Positions 1 to 13,032 of a stretch of 64,000 nt of DNA are shown in pieces (positions within the stretch are counted from its first letter, which is position 1; each line of letters opens with the position of its first letter). Location: positions 95,170,001 through 95,234,000 of the forward strand of contig NC_043005.1 in assembly GCF_006345805.1 (NCBI RefSeq), written 5' to 3'. This DNA comes from Octopus sinensis. Its lineage: Eukaryota. Below the pieces are notes generated by a model. That model was given only the letters and a program-made list of their open reading frames with translations, did no database searches and had not been told where the DNA came from. A program made the translations under genes and the position numbers.

Positions 1-73
1 TTCCACGTACAGAAGTACATGTAAATGTACAGTTATTTTGACTGTCACTGCTCCATGTGTTTATAATAAAATC

Positions 74-173
<100 letters not shown>

Positions 174-343
174 AGATACGTAGAATTCAAAGGTGTATAT
201 GAAGACTCCAAGTTTTATATTGCAAAAGAAACAAGCCGTGTTTCACAATCACAGCATACGTGGTCTATTCCTCGCTACCACCCACGAACGGACCACACGT
301 AATAATATTTACTATGTATGAATGGATGAAAGTATTTACTCAC

Positions 344-585
344 TGTTTCCCCTTTTCTTTGTATTTTGGAAAGACACAGGCGTCAGCAATGGTTTGCACT
401 TCCTTCGGTAGTGTCTTACGAACAAGCTTCCCGCAGGCTTTGCAGTTCATTTGCTTTAGTTCGTCAGGTGTCAATTTTTTGCCAACTGACGAAACACGAA
501 CAAATTCCTTAAATACTTTATTCACTTCGGCATTTTCGTCTGGTTTTTTCTCCTCGGGAGAAACTGGAGATTCTTTGGTCGCCAT
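344..585 (-). CDS. TPPP: First coding exon of a divergent TPPP/p25-alpha family protein; the gene continues left beyond the window
   Basis: ORF MATKES...VFKEF...KQMNCKACGKL...IADACVFPKYKEKGK aligns by eye with the p25-alpha N-terminus (F..F...MN.K...KL...D.VF.K.K.K). A polypyrimidine acceptor (ttttaacctttcAG, AG at 600-599) lies upstream of the ATG. A GTGAGT donor sits at 343-338, so the ORF-track stop is intronic. Confidence 0.65.
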
Positions 586-1463
586 GTTTTGTCTTTATCT
601 GAAAGGTTAAAATAAATAAATATTGAGGTCAAAATATAAAATAACAAATGTATATATTTTTAAATATAAAACAGAACTAAAGCTTGTTTCGTAACATAAA
701 AAAAAGAATCTGCTGGATTATATATATATAAGATTTTGACCCAAGCAAAGATGTCGATTTACAAAATTTTTAAAGGTAGAATATCACAGACCAGAGGGGA
801 AAAAGACAACGATAGTGGGTTCTAAAGAGAGGTTCGTGGAAAGAAACTAATAGAATTAAAAAAAAACAACTTAGGACTAACAAAGTTGAACAGAAAAAGT
901 ATGCACCCGGGAAGAGAAGCGGGTGACACATTTGACCGTCTTGACAGAAGACACTAGACCAGAAATATGTGAGTGTTATGTACCCCCAATGTTTTTTAGT
1001 TCAAATCCCTCTGAAGTTAACGTTGCAATTCTTTGATACGAGAGAGATTACAAAAGAAGCGTCCTTAAGTTAACATTGCCTATCATGCAACACATCGATT
1101 CGTTCATACTCTCTGGTCTCTGTGGACTGTTTCTGTTGCATGCAAATTAAGAAATGGTTGTTCGTTCTCAATTCAACTATTTCTCATTCCTTGAACAAAA
1201 AGGATACTCTGAGTTGCTCCTCATGACACTTCTCATGGTGCATTGTAGTCGATTCTGAGATAGAGAGAGAAAAGAGAGGGAGAAGAGTCACTCTCGTTAT
1301 TCGATCGATGCTATATTTATCGACCCCAGTTTTACGAAAGTCAAAGTAAACCTTGGTGAGGTTTGAAATCAGAAAGAGCAAAGAAATGCAGCTACTATTG
1401 CAATCCATTTGTCCGGCGCTATAACAATTCTGTCAATCGCCCAATCTGCCACCACCACCATCG

Positions 1464-1506
<43 letters not shown>

Positions 1507-2235
1507 GTCTTCTCTCATCTGCTTTCAGCGGGTTAAATATGCATCACTGTTATGCTGCCTGTGGTTATCAAATCCCACTATGTCCGACCAGCCACTATAG
1601 AAAAGACCGGAATTCAGATTACAAAGAGTTAGAACAAAAGTCTGGCACTCTAATGATTGCACTAATTCATCGCCTTAGACTGGTACTTTATTTATTGGGC
1701 CAACACCCTAATTCTACCAATTTGCTACCCTGCCACGAATATCCTGGAGAAACAGTCAAGCAAATATATCACGCCCGTAAAAATGTATGGGCTTATTTAT
1801 GCCAATGTTAGAAATATTTGGCACACGGCTACATGCCTGTCACTACTTTTAGTTGGTATGGAACAGAATATAATAGTCACTTTAATTAAGTCCAGTATTT
1901 GAATTGAAACTTATTTTATTGACGCTTTGGACTGAGGAAATCAAATGTGAAACTGATGTCGAGATTTGTTCTTAAGCGGTCACAACCATACACGTAAAGG
2001 TGAATACCATGAACATATCTGCAGTTCTAATGCTTAGTAGATCACGCAGTCTAGTAGAAATGGTAACCAAATTACCTTCAAATCACATCTCTCAGTCTAA
2101 AACAAAGTCACATCAGATAATGTGAAAAGACAAAATGATCACGGCTGAAATGTCTCTGATCATGTCAAACGATATTTGACATGGGTTTATACAACCACAA
2201 CCTCCTTTCATCATTTAAAAAAAAATAGTAAAGAA

Positions 2236-2382
2236 GTGGTTAAGAAGGTTATATCATCGGGTTCAGTCTCACGGCGTGGCACCTTGGGCAAATACCTTCT
2301 CCCGACCTTGTGAGTGGATTTAGTAATTTAGTAGACGGAAACTCTGTGGAACCCCGTCGTACACATACATACATACATACAT

Positions 2383-2436
<54 letters not shown>

Positions 2437-2657
2437 TTGTGTGTGTCTTTGAGTCTGTGTTTTTGTCCCACTGCTTCACAACTGGTGTTGGTTTGTTTAC
2501 GTCTCCGTGACTTATCGGTTACGATAGAATAAAAGACCGATAGAATAAGTATCAGACTTTAAAAAAAAAAGGTACTTGGACCGATTTGTTAGACTAAAAC
2601 CCTTCAAAGCAGTGCCCCAGCATGGCCGCAATCCAATGACTGAAACAAGTAAAAGAT
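2236..2657 (+). mobile_element. tRNA-derived SINE (family A) with an internal microsatellite and a CR1-like 3' tail
   Basis: Head gggttcagtc...ccttgggcaa, internal (TACA)n/(CA)n, tail gtgccccagcatggccgcaatccaatgactgaaacaagtaaaag. Homologous pieces at ~5650, 8684, 12543, 17440, 29818, 48217, 51010 and 55360. Confidence 0.75.
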
Positions 2658-3383
2658 AACCGATAAAACAAAACGCTGTTTGGTTTTCGTATTAATTCCC
2701 CCAATTCCTTGGAAAAGTTTATTGTTTCTTGACTAACACATTTCAGCTTTCGAAATAAAAAAAAACATCGATTTGTTAGACTATTTGTGGGCAGTAAAAT
2801 TGCTTAAATCGACTTGTTATATCGAACCCAGAGAAGTGGAAGAGTAATTCGATCCTTTTTCGATTTCAATTCAGAATGTAGAACGCTACATACGTTCACG
2901 TGGAACATTGAATACGAGCATCGGCAATGCATTTTTTTTTTCTTTACTTTCGTTTTCATACACAAAGCCAAATTTTGGAAGTTAGGATAAATATATCAAG
3001 TGGTTCGACTGCAGCAATTAGGTTAACGGGCATAGAATTATCAGAAGCAAAGTTTCCTCATTCAAACGGTAGAACCATCTCTCTTTAAGAAGCATGATCT
3101 TTTATATTTTGATTTCTTTTTTAACTGCATTTTTACCGAAGCAGACAATCACTCATTTCTTCAGACTTTATATATATATGAGATGCAGCACGGACTTTGT
3201 CAGTGAACAGGTCGCGGATTTTAGCGACGAAAATATTTTGACAAATTAAACTTAAATGTTGGAGTGAATCGAACGGCTTTTGTGTGTTTCTTAAATGGCT
3301 TATAAACACCTTCCACGCTGCAATTGTTTTCGTTTCAGCACACGATCTCAGATCAAATTACTTGCTATGCGAGTACATCTCCG

Positions 3384-3434
<51 letters not shown>

Positions 3435-4998
3435 CATATATATATCGTACCTGTCGAGATTTAAGGCCAGTTATAGACTTTCATCCTTCCTTATTTACAT
3501 CATTAGATTTTACGAACGACCCCACGTGACTTCCTCGACAATCACTATGTGCTTGTCAGAAATTTCGTAAAATTCCTTGAGATGCTTCTTGGGGGAGAGA
3601 CAGACAGACAGACAGTCAGTATTTGCCTTGTGTTTTATCGACACCGAAAAGATGAATTGCAAAGTTGACCTCAGCTGGATTTGAACTCAGACAGCAAGAC
3701 CTGGAGCAAATATGGTATGGTATTGTACAGACCGCTCTAACGATTCTACCAATCTACTATCATTAGACTTTCGATGAGAAACGATAGTCGAAAGGCAGAA
3801 AATCGTCAGAATCGCTGAATTTGTGCCTAAATCAGGAAAAAAAAACTTGTTTCTGGTGTAGACATGAGGTTAGCAGTTTTGAGGGGAGTAGCTAGTTGAC
3901 TCGCTGACCACAGTATTTGATTAGTACTTTATTTTATCGATCACGAAAAGATGAAATGCAAATTTGACCTCGGCGGAGTTTGAAATCACTACGCGAAAGC
4001 CGGAACAAATATGACAAAGCAGCCTTTACACTTCTGACGTGTGACAAAACTTTATCATTCTTTCTAATTTTGGTACAATTTTGATGGGAGAAGGAAGCCG
4101 ATTACATCGACTCCAGTGCTTGACTAATACTTATTTTGTCGACCCTGAGAGGATGAAAGGCAAAGCTGACCTCGGCGGAATTTGAACACAGGACATAAAG
4201 AGTCAAAGGAAATGCCACTAAGTATTTTGTCCGGCATGCCAACGATTCTGCCAGCTAGATAATCCATGGCCTTTAGTAGTGAAGCGTATGTTCGAGCTTG
4301 CACCCACCGACAGCCCTTTCTGTCGCTGCCTATAACAATAAAGGGAACATATTTATTTTGCATAACATTTAATGTTTCATGATCGGACGTCACGGCTTAG
4401 TTCGAAATGACTGATACAAATTAACAAAGACACAAAGAAGCAGTAGTGGTAGTGATGATAATGATGTTATATGAACGGCATCACCAGCCGCCAGCATTCT
4501 ACCTTGATATCGACCTGTACCTCCTACCTTGACAAGGTCTTTCATCGACAGCATTTTTAATGAATTCAAATCGATATTCATCACAATGACACAAGATGTC
4601 GCTAATGAGTTTCCTTGTTTCAATCTTTCCTATTGAAAATTCGGTCGACAACAGCAGATCAGATCAATCCACTCGTTCGTTACTATGGAGACTACATGGT
4701 ACACAAAAGATGACTTCTTCTTTAACCATAATCAGAATCGTGCGAATGACTGACAGAACAAATAGACAAATGATCTTTAATAATGTCCCTACACTGCACT
4801 AGGTGTTACTGAAAGCGGCACTGCAGCATGGGGAGTAAGTTGGCAGAGCGTATGTGGGTACGAATGTGCGCATGACTTTATATATGAGCATGTATGTGTG
4901 TGTGTACGGACATGTATGTATGCACGTTTGTATATAAATATATATATATATTGTACAATAAAATAAACGATGGACAGATGCTTGCAAAAGACATCAAA

Positions 4999-5391
4999 TC
5001 TCTCTATGTATAAAGCTGAAGTTGTCTGTGTATGGCAGGTTTGGAAGCCTTCAACTAACACTATCTCCTCCGAGACCCTGCGGTGCAAGTTGACCAAAAT
5101 TGAGAGTATGATAGAAGAAGGCTTGCTCTTCCTTCCGTAGAAGAAAAAAATTCAAATTGGACCATGTCAACACCAAAAATTATTTACTTCAAAAAGGTGC
5201 TTCTTTGCTATGAAAATCCCCATTTCTTACGATTTTTTGACTGCTGTGTCGCCATTTTTCGGTGTATTTCAGCCAGAAAAATGTTCACTTAAAGTAAATA
5301 ACAAGCTACATAATGCAAAATTTTTACTTTTCAAAAATTCTAATTCTAAAGGGTCGAAACAAACCCGAGCAACGCCGGGCGACACTGCTAG
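4999..5391 (+). mobile_element. Non-autonomous Helitron
   Basis: Starts with TC after an A and ends with CTAG before a T. Subterminal GC hairpin cccgagcaacgccggg. The ends are shared with the copy at 15783-16276. Confidence 0.75.
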
Positions 5392-6124
5392 TCATTTATA
5401 AAATGATGAGCATAAAAATATATGAAATGAGTAGAGAAACTGGAAAACCAAGAGAACGAAAATCCATAGTAATTCTTTATAAATAAGTTTATATCCTGAA
5501 AGTTCTCTCTCCAATGATACAGATAAAAGAGGAGATAATCCAAGTAAACCTTCGTAATGGTTCATCCAGGATAGGTAGGTAAAAATCTTTGGAGTTACTG
5601 CTCGAAGCTCTCAAATAAGAAAATGAATAATTATATATATATACATATACAACCACATGGTTCTGGGTTCAGTCTCACTGCGAGGAACCTTGGGCAAGTT
5701 TCATCAAGTATTGCCTCGGGCCGACCAAAGCCTTGTGAGTGGATTTAGTAGACGGAAACTCAAGAAGCTTGTCGTGTGTGTATATATATATGTATATATA
5801 TATTGTGTATATATATATATGTTTGTCTACATGCAGTATATATGCATAATATATTCTGTTTACAGCACACATACACACATGCACACACATATAATCTGTG
5901 TCTGAGAGATTTAATTGTTCCAGCCTATGAATGAATTTATACTCGTTTTTAATGAAATTGTGTTGTTGCTGTTGCTGCTGCTGCTGCTGCTGCTGTTGCT
6001 GGTTATGGCGGTGGGGGCTGCAGCAGGGTAGTTATTATGTTTTAGCCTCAGGTGAACTCGGGCTGAGTCAGAACTTTTGATGGAAAATATCACAGCTTTG
6101 ACGATAGACATTATTCAGATAATT

Positions 6125-6550
6125 CATGTTAATGACTTGTCTATTAGATGATGTCTCAACGCCGACGGATTCCTATCACAACTGGAACGTGTTGGCGTCG
6201 ACCACAGGGACGGCAAGCGCCCGGACAGATTGATCCTCTTCCTGTTAGTCGTTCATTTGGGACGCTATATGCAAAACATTCACCAGTGCTGGCTTTTCTA
6301 TTTTGATCATAATCCAGAGAGCTGGTGCCAGCGACGCAGAGGAGCAGAAGATGACTAATTTCAATCGTTAACGCACAAATTCCCCACTGGTGCGAACTTT
6401 GAGGTTCTCAGGTTACGCACTGCTGCTGCTGCTGCACTCCTTCGTCGAATTGAAGTGTAGTCCTCTTATATACAAGTTAGAGTGGCCGACACAATGGTTG
6501 CCTCTGGCTATTCTTTGCGGCGACACTTTTGATATCCTACTCTCGGCGGA
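6125..6550 (+). mobile_element. Degraded non-LTR retrotransposon 3' end with a restriction-like endonuclease (CRE-like)
   Basis: Translates to ...LNADGFLSQLERVGVDHRDGKRPD...WDA... and QWLPLAILCGD, resembling LEPxGLxRxDGKRPDG...WD and QRLSxAIQRGN. Contains stops and frameshifts. Confidence 0.6.
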
Positions 6551-7149
6551 CTGTTTGTTTCAATGTCGGATAACATATATACATAAGAACACATACATTA
6601 TAAATATAATCTGTAAGCGGAACAGTAAGCATATTCAAGACTTTTCTCACATTCAAAATACAACAATTGATTTTGTTATCTACGTTACATCGATGAAGCT
6701 TTGTATCTATGATAGGGGCCAGTTCCTTCGTTACATGAAGACTTCAGATAATTAAAAACAGACGAGAACATAGAAGCAAATTTATGGAGAGAAGTATAAT
6801 CAATGATATTGACCTCAGTACTTGACTGAATCGATCCCAGGATGAAAACCAAATCTAACGTTGGCCCGATTTGAACTCGGGTACATATAAAGACTTTACT
6901 ACATGACGCAATCTATTTTGGCCACTATTAAACCAATTCTGCCAACTACCGACCTGATACAATTGTATAAATATTAAGATAGAAACCTAAATGGCTTTTG
7001 AATTTATGCTGTTGGCATCTCAACTTCTACAGGGTTATTGAAACTCAGTGAGGATGGATGGATGTGTGTGTCTCATCTATTTATGTGTGTATATATATAT
7101 ATGACAACGTAGCGTATGTGTTGCTGTTGCTGGTACTGTTGCTGTTGAG

Positions 7150-7506
7150 CGAACGGTCTTCGTCCCAAAGCTCGCAAGATGGAAGAAGTTCGAAACGTTG
7201 GCCTTTGCTATTCGTAAGACCCGCATAAGAGAAAGCAGATCAACCCCCGACACCGATAGCATCGACGGATGGATGAATGCGCATCCAGGCTCAGCGGCTA
7301 CGTAGGAAGTCGAGGACAAGAAACAGGAAGAAAGAGTGAGAGAAAGTTGGAGCGAAGGAGTACAGCAGGGGTCACCACCCCACCCCCTGCCGGAGCCTCG
7401 TGGAGCTTTAGGTGTTTTCTCTCAATAAACACACACAACGCCCGGTCTGGGAATCGAAACCACGATCCTCCGACCGCGAGTCCGCTGCCGTAACCATTGC
7501 GCCTCC
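7150..7506 (-). mobile_element. tRNA-head SINE (family B), tail variant 1
   Basis: The reverse complement begins ggaggcgcaatgg...ggtttcgattccc (A/B boxes), the same head and body as 25135 and 29116. Confidence 0.7.
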
Positions 7507-8115
7507 ACTTGCTGTTGCAGGTCAGTTTCCAGGCCAGCTCTGTTTTTTAAAAAAGGACATTCTAGTCGTAACCACCCCGTCGTTTTTTTAGATGCATAGT
7601 GTATCAAGGGCTACATTATCTGATATGTCTTTCCTATTTTCTAAAGATGTTTGAAATGGTTTCAGGAATTTTTGGCGATCATGCAGACGATTATTATTGC
7701 TGTTGTTTAACACCGCATGATTAATCCTGATTGAGCAAGCTGATGCCAAAGTCACTTCACTACACCCCATCACCGCCGCCACTATAACACCCTACTACCA
7801 CCGCTATCCCTGCCGCCATGTCGCTTCTACTGCGACCACAACCACCATCAACAAACCTTTACTAGTACAGCTCAGTAGCTAGCAAGGTGGAGGAGACGCG
7901 ATAGGATGATGAGGTGGGGGTGCGGTCCTCTCTGGGTGACGCTTTTATGGTTCTGTCTCTGTAGAGGGCGGGGCGGGGTATGGACGGCAATGTCAAGAGT
8001 TGCTCCGGGGCGGCGCCGGCGGCTCTGCTGTCCTCTGGTCACCACTACAACCACTAACTCCACCGCCACTATCATCTCGGTCATATCACTACTCCTACCG
8101 CATTTAGCTCCTCAT

Positions 8116-8116
<1 letters not shown>

Positions 8117-8153
<37 letters not shown>

Positions 8154-8154
8154 G

Positions 8155-8186
<32 letters not shown>

Positions 8187-8187
8187 G

Positions 8188-8236
<49 letters not shown>
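8117..8236. repeat. (CTA)n microsatellite
   Basis: Direct reading; it explains the poly-Leu ORF 7906-8391. Confidence 0.95.
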
Positions 8237-8683
8237 CATCATTGCCACCACATCAACCTAACCCCTGTTGCAATTATCAGATCACCACTATCGTACCACC
8301 AGCACAACCACTGCAGCCGCTGCAGCTGCCGCCATCATCGCAGCCGTCGCCGCCGCCGCTGCTGGCAACAATAACTCCCGCTCCTCCTTGAATCAATGGC
8401 ATTTTGTTTCATCAATGCCTTCTATTTGATTCTATTATTTCAGATATTTTGACAAGAAATTATATACTAATTGCATTTTTAATACGGCACAAGGATGCTT
8501 TTCTTTCACCCCCACCTTCTCCTCCTTCTTCTCCTTCACGCTTTTTCGTCTTGACGAAGTGTTGGAGGAAAATGAAGAGAGTTATAGTGAACTGACTTTA
8601 ACCTTGGTACATTAATTCTAATACTTATTCATGAACCTGAAAGGATGATAATGTTACATACAAGTATCTGCAAGATTTCACAA

Positions 8684-8840
8684 GGTGTGGGTGTGTAGTA
8701 AGAAGCTTGCTTCCCAGTCACATGGTTCCAGGTTCAGTCCCACTGCGTGGAAACTTGGGCAAGTGTCTTCTACTATGGCCACGGACCGACCAAAACCTTG
8801 TGAGTGAATTTAGTAGACGAAAACTGAAAGAGACTTGTCG

Positions 8841-8875
<35 letters not shown>
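8684..8875 (+). mobile_element. Family A SINE 5' half (its 3' half is at 12543-12742)
   Basis: gtgtgtagtaagaagcttgcttccc...ggttcagtcccactgcgtgg...cttgggcaagtg...gtcg followed by (TA)n. Confidence 0.75.
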
Positions 8876-9758
8876 GTGAGCTTAAGAGCAAGAATATAGA
8901 TTTTAATTCACTTTGGAAAATACTTACTTCTGCACCAGCGTATAATAATAGAACTAGAAAATGCTCTTTATGCATCAATGAAATTTTTTTTATTATCAAA
9001 GCTAATCTACCTATTATGAATAATCTTAAGGAGCGTAATGTATTTTGCCTTCATAGGCTAGCGTATACTTTCTCTAGATTTAAATAGCACTTAGTTTTAA
9101 ATCAGTAACTTTAAATGACCTAAATAGCTGTTATAGACTTATGTACTGTTTTTATCTAGGAATACTAATTCTGCCATAAATCTTGGGCATTCTGATTTAT
9201 ATTTCTGTGTATAAGCGTTTTGTTTTGTTTTGTTTTTGAATATATCTGTATATTTTGATATATATATATATTATCCACATCGAATTTTCTACTGGTCTCG
9301 CACGTATACGTACACCATATCATATGCATTTACTTTGGGACGTTGGTGTATTGATCTGTACTTAGTGTGGGTCTATATACTAAACACATGGTGTTCACCT
9401 TTAGATACGTACGTGTGTATACATACATATGGGGGTATATGTAAGTGTGTACGTATATCTATTTTTCATGTAGGTCTTTCTATGAATCCACTTGGTGGTC
9501 TTCAATATTAAGTTCTTTTTATGTATATTTGTACTTTTTTATTTCTGTACTTTTTTATTTACTGGCACTTGATAATTTATAATTTATAATTTATTATAAC
9601 ATATATATGTATTTGTGTACATTTGTGTATGTGTATGCACAAATGTATGTGTATGTGCATGTGTAGGCGTGCATGTATATCTGTACTTATGATTGTGCAT
9701 GTATGTATGTCTGCGTATGTTTGTATGTATATATGTATATATATGTTTGTATGTGTGC

Positions 9759-9799
<41 letters not shown>

Positions 9800-12260
9800 T
9801 GTAGTTTTGCATACTTGTATGTAGATGTTTTGCGTGTATGTGTATGTGCTGTTGAAGTTGTGTATGTGTGTGTACATATGGATGTGTATTCATGTCTATT
9901 TAAGGAGTGTATTTGAATGTATGTATACTTGTATATATGTATAGGTCTGTGTGTATGTATAAAAATATTTATATATATATGTATGTAGCTATGTATATGT
10001 TTATATATATGTATGCATGTATATATCTGTTACTTATATGTATGTATATTTATGTGTGGGTATATGGGTATATAAGCACATATGTATGAGTGTATGTATG
10101 AATCTTCTTGTTGGTGTATATATGCTTATTTGTTTGTATATAGTATATGTATAGTATGCATATATGGGGCTGTTTATAGGTCTGTATGCACGTATGCATG
10201 GGGATATTTATGTACGTATATGAGTGTATATATGTATGTGCATATATATATTTACTTATGTTCCTCTACCTATATTGGATTCAGATCTTTGTTGCATTTT
10301 ACAGGTTTATTGGTATTGGGGTGGACTGTATATTTGTTTGTTTAGTTTTAACTAAGGATGTGGTCAGTCTCGACATTGGTTTTGATCTAACTTTTTTTGC
10401 GAGGATATAAATTATATAACCTTTGATCAATAATAAGTTACCTATTATGTTTATGGGTACATAGATATAATAATGAATAACCTCGGATTCATATTAAATA
10501 ACAACCTCATATTAGTTTTAGTAAATGGATGTATAAATGTTGGGATAGGGATTAATACTGAATTACAATATGAGTAGTAACGTGTTTGGGTAACATTAAA
10601 ACGGTATATTGATCTCCATAACTTCAACAATAATAAACTCAAACTAGTAGATATTGATATATGGTCAGATACTTAATATATTGTTTCTATTACAGTATTT
10701 TATACAACTTAACTTTTACAGCGAGTTTAAATGGAGAGATCAAGCTGAAAGTTTGGATTCGCATTACTGTAACGGTTTATTTACACGGTCAATTTTGATT
10801 TCTGTATCTTCCGTAAATCACTTCCTTTTTCTATACCTTAAATGTTGTCAAATATGTTTGCTTAGCTTCTATTTCTTTCGAAAGCTTTGTCTGAATATTT
10901 TCCAAACTTTGCCAAATATTAATCCTAACGTTTATTACCCTTTTAGGCCATTTTTTTTATACATTAGGAATTACCCTTTCAGGCCTTTTTCTACGTATTA
11001 AGAATTAGCATAGATTTCACTTTAATGGTTTATAATACTATTTTTTTAGTTATTAGTATGTATGTGTATATGTATATGTATACATATATGTGTAAGTGGG
11101 TATTTTTAGGTATGTGTATATGTGTATATATGTATGTATATTGATATATACGTACGTATGTATGTATGTAAGTGTGTATTTATGTGCTTATGTTTATCTA
11201 TGTGTACGTGTGTATGTGCGCATATGTGTATGTATGTACGTATGTGTATTTTAACCAACCAACCGTAACTAAGACAATGAAATTCAAATGTGCCAACCAA
11301 TTGAATTGAGCTTTAGATTGTAAATAATCTATCAGCCCGTTAAGACCTATCACTCACCTATTGATATGCGAACTGTATGTATGTACATGCATATATAATT
11401 TTTGTATGATGTAAAAGGATAATATCCCTTTATATATGTATATGTATTAATAGATGCTTTTGCGCATGTATGTATATGCATGTGCATATATTTGGTACCT
11501 GTGTGTATATATATGTATGTAGATTTAAACTTAAGTTTCGATTATCGCTGTATAATATATGAATATAATGACATTGTATATTGTTTTACATTATTTTATT
11601 ATATTGAATTAATTAATTTACTGGCGTGTTACACTGTTTTATATTATGTGATATTTTCCATCTACTATGTATTGTGAATAGCAGAATGCACATATTCCTT
11701 TATTGGTATTAATAATAATAATAATAATAATATTAATAGTTTTTAGTAATGTAATACAATGAACTTTGGACTTTGTATATGTACACTTTGATGTGGATAT
11801 ATAAATATGTATATTCCAGTATATAGATCTGATTAACTGTAACCTTATGTGTATGTATATTATTATGTATATACTTATATATATATGTATATGTAGGTGT
11901 ATATACACTTATATGTATATGTATATATGTATATATGCATATTCTTGTATATGTGTACCTTCTTTAATATTCATATTTACATTTTATATCTTCATTTTAT
12001 TTCTTTATAATTGTACTTTATAATCTCTGACGAGGCCTTGAGATATATATATATAAGTAACTCATTTTTAACTGCATATTACCTCAATACATCTGACTAA
12101 TATGGGCATAATGAGATACTCTTATCTACAAGCTGAAACAGCTGTAAGATCCATTTTATATGTATTATTCTTATGGTATTATCTTACTTATTGATGTATA
12201 TTGCTTTATTCTGTATTATTCTGTTGGATTTGGATGTTCCTATTTAATCTAAATAATTAA
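8876..12260 (+). mobile_element. 5'-truncated Penelope-like element: GIY-YIG C-terminus, long low-complexity 3' region and HHR
   Basis: 8876-9087 encodes ELKSKNIDFNSLWKIL...CSLCINE...FCLHR, homologous to the end of ORF 13507-14232. A same-strand HHR lies at 12023-12150. Treating the intervening 3 kb as part of the same element is an inference. Confidence 0.55.
12023..12150 (+). ncRNA. Type I hammerhead ribozyme with a ~100-nt stem II insertion
   Basis: atct-CTGACGA-ggccttgagata...tatctacaagct-GAAA-cagctg-TA-agat. Stem III CAGCTG is palindromic; cleavage triplet GUA. Confidence 0.7.
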
Positions 12261-12325
12261 TTAATAAATTATATGAATTGCTATTATCTGGCTGTTGATG
12301 ATTGAAAGAAATCTATTCCTCCATT

Positions 12326-12405
<80 letters not shown>

Positions 12406-12542
12406 GTATGAATGTATGTATGTATGTATGTATGTATGTATAATTGTTGAAGAGGACAACAAACGGCAAGGCAAACAGCTGTTTCTGAGATATCCCAGAG
12501 TATGGGATATTCCGTCATTGGAGACGAATATGTATGTATAAG

Positions 12543-12739
12543 TTTCTGTGTCTGTGTTTGTCCCCATCATCGCGTGATAACTGATGTTGGTGTGTTTACG
12601 TCCCCGTAACTTAGCGGTTCGACAAAAGAGACCGATAGAATAAGTAATAGGCTTACAAAGAATAAGTCCTGGGGTCGATTTGTTCAACTAAAGGCAGTAT
12701 TCTAGCATGGCTGCAGTCAAATAACTGAAACAAATAAAA

Positions 12740-12742
<3 letters not shown>
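12543..12742 (+). mobile_element. Family A SINE 3' half
   Basis: gtgtttacgtccccgtaacttagcggttcg...gcatggctgcagtcaaataactgaaacaaataaaag. Confidence 0.75.
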
Positions 12743-12817
<75 letters not shown>

Positions 12818-13032
12818 GGGAAGCTTTTCTTAATTTCCGAGAGTAGATATAGGCCAACTAAGTCAGTCACCTGTGCAGAGTCTGATGACCCCATGGTTAT
12901 ATAAAAAAAAAATTTGAGTCGGCTCTCTGCCAGTCACTCTCGTTATAGGAGATAAGTGTTTCTCTTGCCGCCAAAATTACCCCTATATCCGACTTAGGTA
13001 TCTCTACAAACTTTCTTGCAAAAATTAAGGCT

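Noticed and set aside
5490-5575. Minus-strand HHR-like tatcctGGATGA...caggata
   Set aside because: No intact GAAA or stem III.
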